From assembly GCF_009914755.1 (NCBI RefSeq), contig NC_060930.1: 64,000 nt of DNA. One strand, 5' to 3'. Below, piece after piece: positions 60,880 to 64,000 of the stretch. The stretch is from the human T2T-CHM13v2.0 reference genome, Homo sapiens. Position 1 is the first letter of the stretch. Every line of letters starts with the position of its first letter. A program made the translations under genes and the position numbers. The notes under the pieces were generated by a model, which was given only the letters and a program-made list of their open reading frames with translations, was not told where the DNA came from and made no database searches.

Positions 60880-61441
60880 TTTTTATTGATATAAACATTT
60901 GTGCATATTTATGGGGTACATGTGATATTTTATGACATGCATAGACTGTGTAAAGATCAAGTCACAGTATTGGGGGTGTCCATCATCTCGAGTGTTTTCA
61001 TTTCTATGTACTGAGAACACTTCAGGTTCTCTCATCTTGATATTTTGAAATATACAATACATTGTTGTTACCTATAGTCACCCTATTCTGCGATTGAACA
61101 TTAGAACTTATTCCTTCTATCTAACTATGTGTACCCATTAACCAAAGTCTCTTTATCCTGCCCCTACCTGCACACCTTTCCCAGCCTTTGGTATCTATCA
61201 TTTTACTCTCTAGTCTCCATGAGATCATCTCTTTTAGCTCTCACATATGAGTGAAAACACATGATATTTGTTTTGCTGTGCTGGCTTATTTCACTTAACG
61301 TAATAATCTCAGTTTTGTCCATGTTGCTGCAAATAACATGGTTTCATTCCTTTTTTATGGCCAACTAGTATTCTATATTATTCTATTAGGTATAATATTT
61401 AGCCCATTTCTTTTATACATTCATCCATCGATGGACAGTTA
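60880..61441 (-). mobile_element. L1MA-type 3' end, non-inverted part
   Basis: tttttattgat...catatttatggggtacatgtgatattt...tcatccatcgatggaca. Confidence 0.85.
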
Positions 61442-62064
61442 GGGGAAACACTTCAGGACATTGGTCTAGGCAAAGATTCTATGGATGAGACCTAAAACGC
61501 ACAGGCAACAAAACCAAAAATAGACAAATGGGAATGTATCAAACTAAAAGAAGCTTCTGCACAGCAAAGGAAACAATCAACAGAGTGAAGAGACAACCTA
61601 TTGAATTGGGTGAAATATTTGCAAAGTATTCATCTGACAAGAGACTAATATCCAGAATATATAAGGAATGCAAACAATTCAACAGTAAAAATAAAAATCT
61701 TACTAAAAAGTTAGCAAAGGACAAGAATAAACCTTTCTCAAAAGAAGATATACAAATGGCCAGCAGGTGTATGAAAGATGTTTAACATCACTAATTATCA
61801 GGAAAATATAAATTAAAACTACAATGAGATATTCCTCCATACATGTTAGATGGCTATTACAAAAAAGACAAAACAAGCATATACTGGCAAGGATGCAGAT
61901 GAGAGGGAGGAGCTCTAATACACTGTTGGAGGAAATGTAAATTAGTACAGCCACTATGGAAAACAATATTTGACAGAGCAATCTCGCTACTTGGTATTTA
62001 TCCAAAGGAAAGGAATCAGCATGTTAAAGGGATACTTCCACCTCCATGTTTATTACAGAACTAT
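61442..62064 (+). mobile_element. Inverted L1 ORF2 C-terminal segment adjoining the L1MA 3' end
   Basis: ORF 61528-61785 ([16 protein letters not shown]) is the ORF2p C-terminal region. Confidence 0.85.
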
Positions 62065-63728
62065 GTTATTATTCTGGTTTTTTTTTCCTGATCAGCTTTT
62101 ATTGCCTGGACAATCTTATTCGCTAGTATTCTGAGATGTGAAGTGTAGGGTAAAAGAGATAGTTGGGAGGACTTGGTTTAATGTCCAGGAGCTATAATCT
62201 AGTGAAGGAGACAGATTCTCTAAAAAGCTCTCTGTTCCTCTCACAAGCTTTGTGGTGTGAGTCACCACTTAATTCTTAAGGGTCTTCCCAGAACCATAAC
62301 ATTCTACAGTTATAAACCATGACCTATAATAGAGGTACAGTATGTAGGAAGAAAAAATTGATTTTAAGTGGGAAGATCCCAGAAACCTTTATGGAGGTGA
62401 TATTTGAGCTGTGACAGATACTTACAGCCCCCGTTATTACTTCTCAGGCCCATTTTCTCATACAGACCTTAAGAAACATTAAAAGTTTATTGCTAAGCAG
62501 ATCCTATGAAGCTGCACCATGGCCTGTCTTCTTGACTTTATAGGACTTTAATGAGATTAATGGCTTGATGGATCACTGTGCTTTGATGATAAATAATAAT
62601 AAAGTCCAGGGATGTGACAATTCTTATGTTATCCTTGATTCATATAGAAACCTTTATTTTATTCTCTTTTTTCCCTCCCACTCCAAGTAAAGGCCAAATC
62701 AGTAAAAGGTCAAGCTGACTGGTATGGATTATTATAATATTGTTCTCAACCTATCCAGAGATCAATAGTAGATGTCATCATCCATTTTCCTGAAACATAG
62801 ACACTAACTTCATTATCCTAATATATTAAAGAAAGAAGAACCTGAGCTATACTAATTTCATACTGCTCTTCTCGCGACTATCATTTGAACTTTACAATAT
62901 CTGTGCATTAAAATGGTTTATAGTAATTTCTTACTGGAGCAGCTTTAGGATAAAAACTGATTCAAGCCTCCCAATTTACTTTGATGGATGTGTGAGTTTC
63001 AGATTTATGTCTTTAAGAAAAGACCACAAAATTATATCCTCTTTAGAAACCCTAGAAAAAGAGTAATGTCCACAACACATATCTTTCCTAAGCTTCTTGG
63101 TTTCTAAATACAGACACTGATCAAGATAATCATTGTGATTGAGAAGCACCTGTAAACAGCTCCTTCTCTGGTCATATCTACAATTTCTCAGGTCTTCTGG
63201 CAAGATAAGCAATTTTGGTAAGCATGAAAATAAAAAGTGTAAACTATTTAACCCATGTCTGTCTACAGTCATATCAGAACAGGATCTGTGATTTATTAAC
63301 TATATGACAGAGCCAATGATTGAACATATCCAAAATCTGATAACTTTCTTTGTAATGTTGGGTCTAACATCTACTTTGCAAGCTTTTTGAGAAGAAGAAA
63401 TATAAATCTGCCTATTTAAGTGCCTAGAAAACACATGGTATCTGCTCGATACAGTTTGAATTTGCTTGGATTACAGATCAGAGATTTCAAAGGTTTGTTG
63501 GGCTCAATCCAAACATCTTAACAACTATAGAGTGAACATATTATACAGAATGTAATGTAATATTTAATGTATTAAAACTCTCCGTATGTAGGATGTCGTA
63601 GTGATTAAAACATATGCCAAAACAATTCACTGCAATATACTCTAGAGGATGTTTTCCCTTTTACAACAAAATTTCCAGCTTTCATAATTTACTACCAAAG
63701 CAAAGAGAGCTTACTGCTTTAAAAAAAA

Positions 63729-64000
63729 CCAGGTGGCTCCGCCCTCCGGGCGCGAGGCCCGGGTGGGCCAGAGAGGCAGGTCCTCGTCCCTCGGGCCCGT
63801 GGCGCTGTCGTGGATGAACCCTCTCTTTGGGTCTGTATTGGGACCCCTTTCCAGTACCATTTTTTCTAGTGAACCACGAAGGGACGATACCAGAAAACAC
63901 CCTCAACCCAAAGGAAATAGACTACAGCCCCAATTGGCTGACTTTGGCTATAGAAAAAAGAAAGGAACGAAAAGAGACAGTTTTTTTTGGAAAGCTAAGT
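63729..64000 (+). pseudogene. 5' end of a retroposed spliced chimeric transcript (CpG-rich exon + MER41 U5/PBS/leader exon + ERV-internal exon); continues past the window
   Basis: TTT/AAAA at 63718-63728, abrupt GC/CpG jump, junctions at 63816/63817 and 63947/63948 coincide with recalled MER41 splice acceptor and donor positions. Confidence 0.6.
63817..63947 (+). mobile_element. MER41-type LTR U5 end (63817-63859), tRNA-Arg-like PBS (63867-63885) and leader to the major splice donor
   Basis: aaccctctctttgggtctgtattgggacccctttccagtacca; tagtgaaccacgaagggac resembles TGGCGACCACGAAGGGAC; acccaaaggaaatagact...gactttgg. Confidence 0.8.

Noticed and set aside
63867-63885. tRNA-like sequence as a tRNA gene
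   Set aside because: Only an ~18-nt complement of a tRNA 3' end (retroviral PBS), not a tRNA body
63614-63906. ORFs 63614-63817 (+) and 63682-63906 (-)
   Set aside because: They span the insertion junction and GC-rich DNA; chance ORFs

Overview
AT-rich, repeat-dense primate (human/great-ape type) intergenic DNA. I find no supportable intact protein-coding gene; nearly all ORFs in the track are L1, Alu or THE1 read-through, or chance ORFs. Contents: three 5'-inverted (twin-primed) L1 insertions, several older L1M tracts, about 11 Alus, two THE1D proviral elements in opposite orientation, solo LTRs (MER57, MER51A, MER39-like, MSTB, THE1/MST, MLT1B, MLT1D), hAT MITEs (MER1A, MER91A), and a probable fossil hAT transposase split by an L1. 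The most interesting signal is in the last ~280 bp. An L1-endonuclease site (TTT/AAAA) is followed by a CpG-rich exon-like piece joined, at the expected splice positions, to MER41 U5/PBS/leader and then to a further ERV-internal piece. This looks like the 5' end of a retroposed, spliced chimeric transcript running off the window (possibly an SVA 5' transduction or retrogene). Several small fold-back, template-switch-type rearrangements are also visible. Repeat subfamily names come from my recall of consensus sequences, not a RepeatMasker run; boundaries of old elements are approximate.
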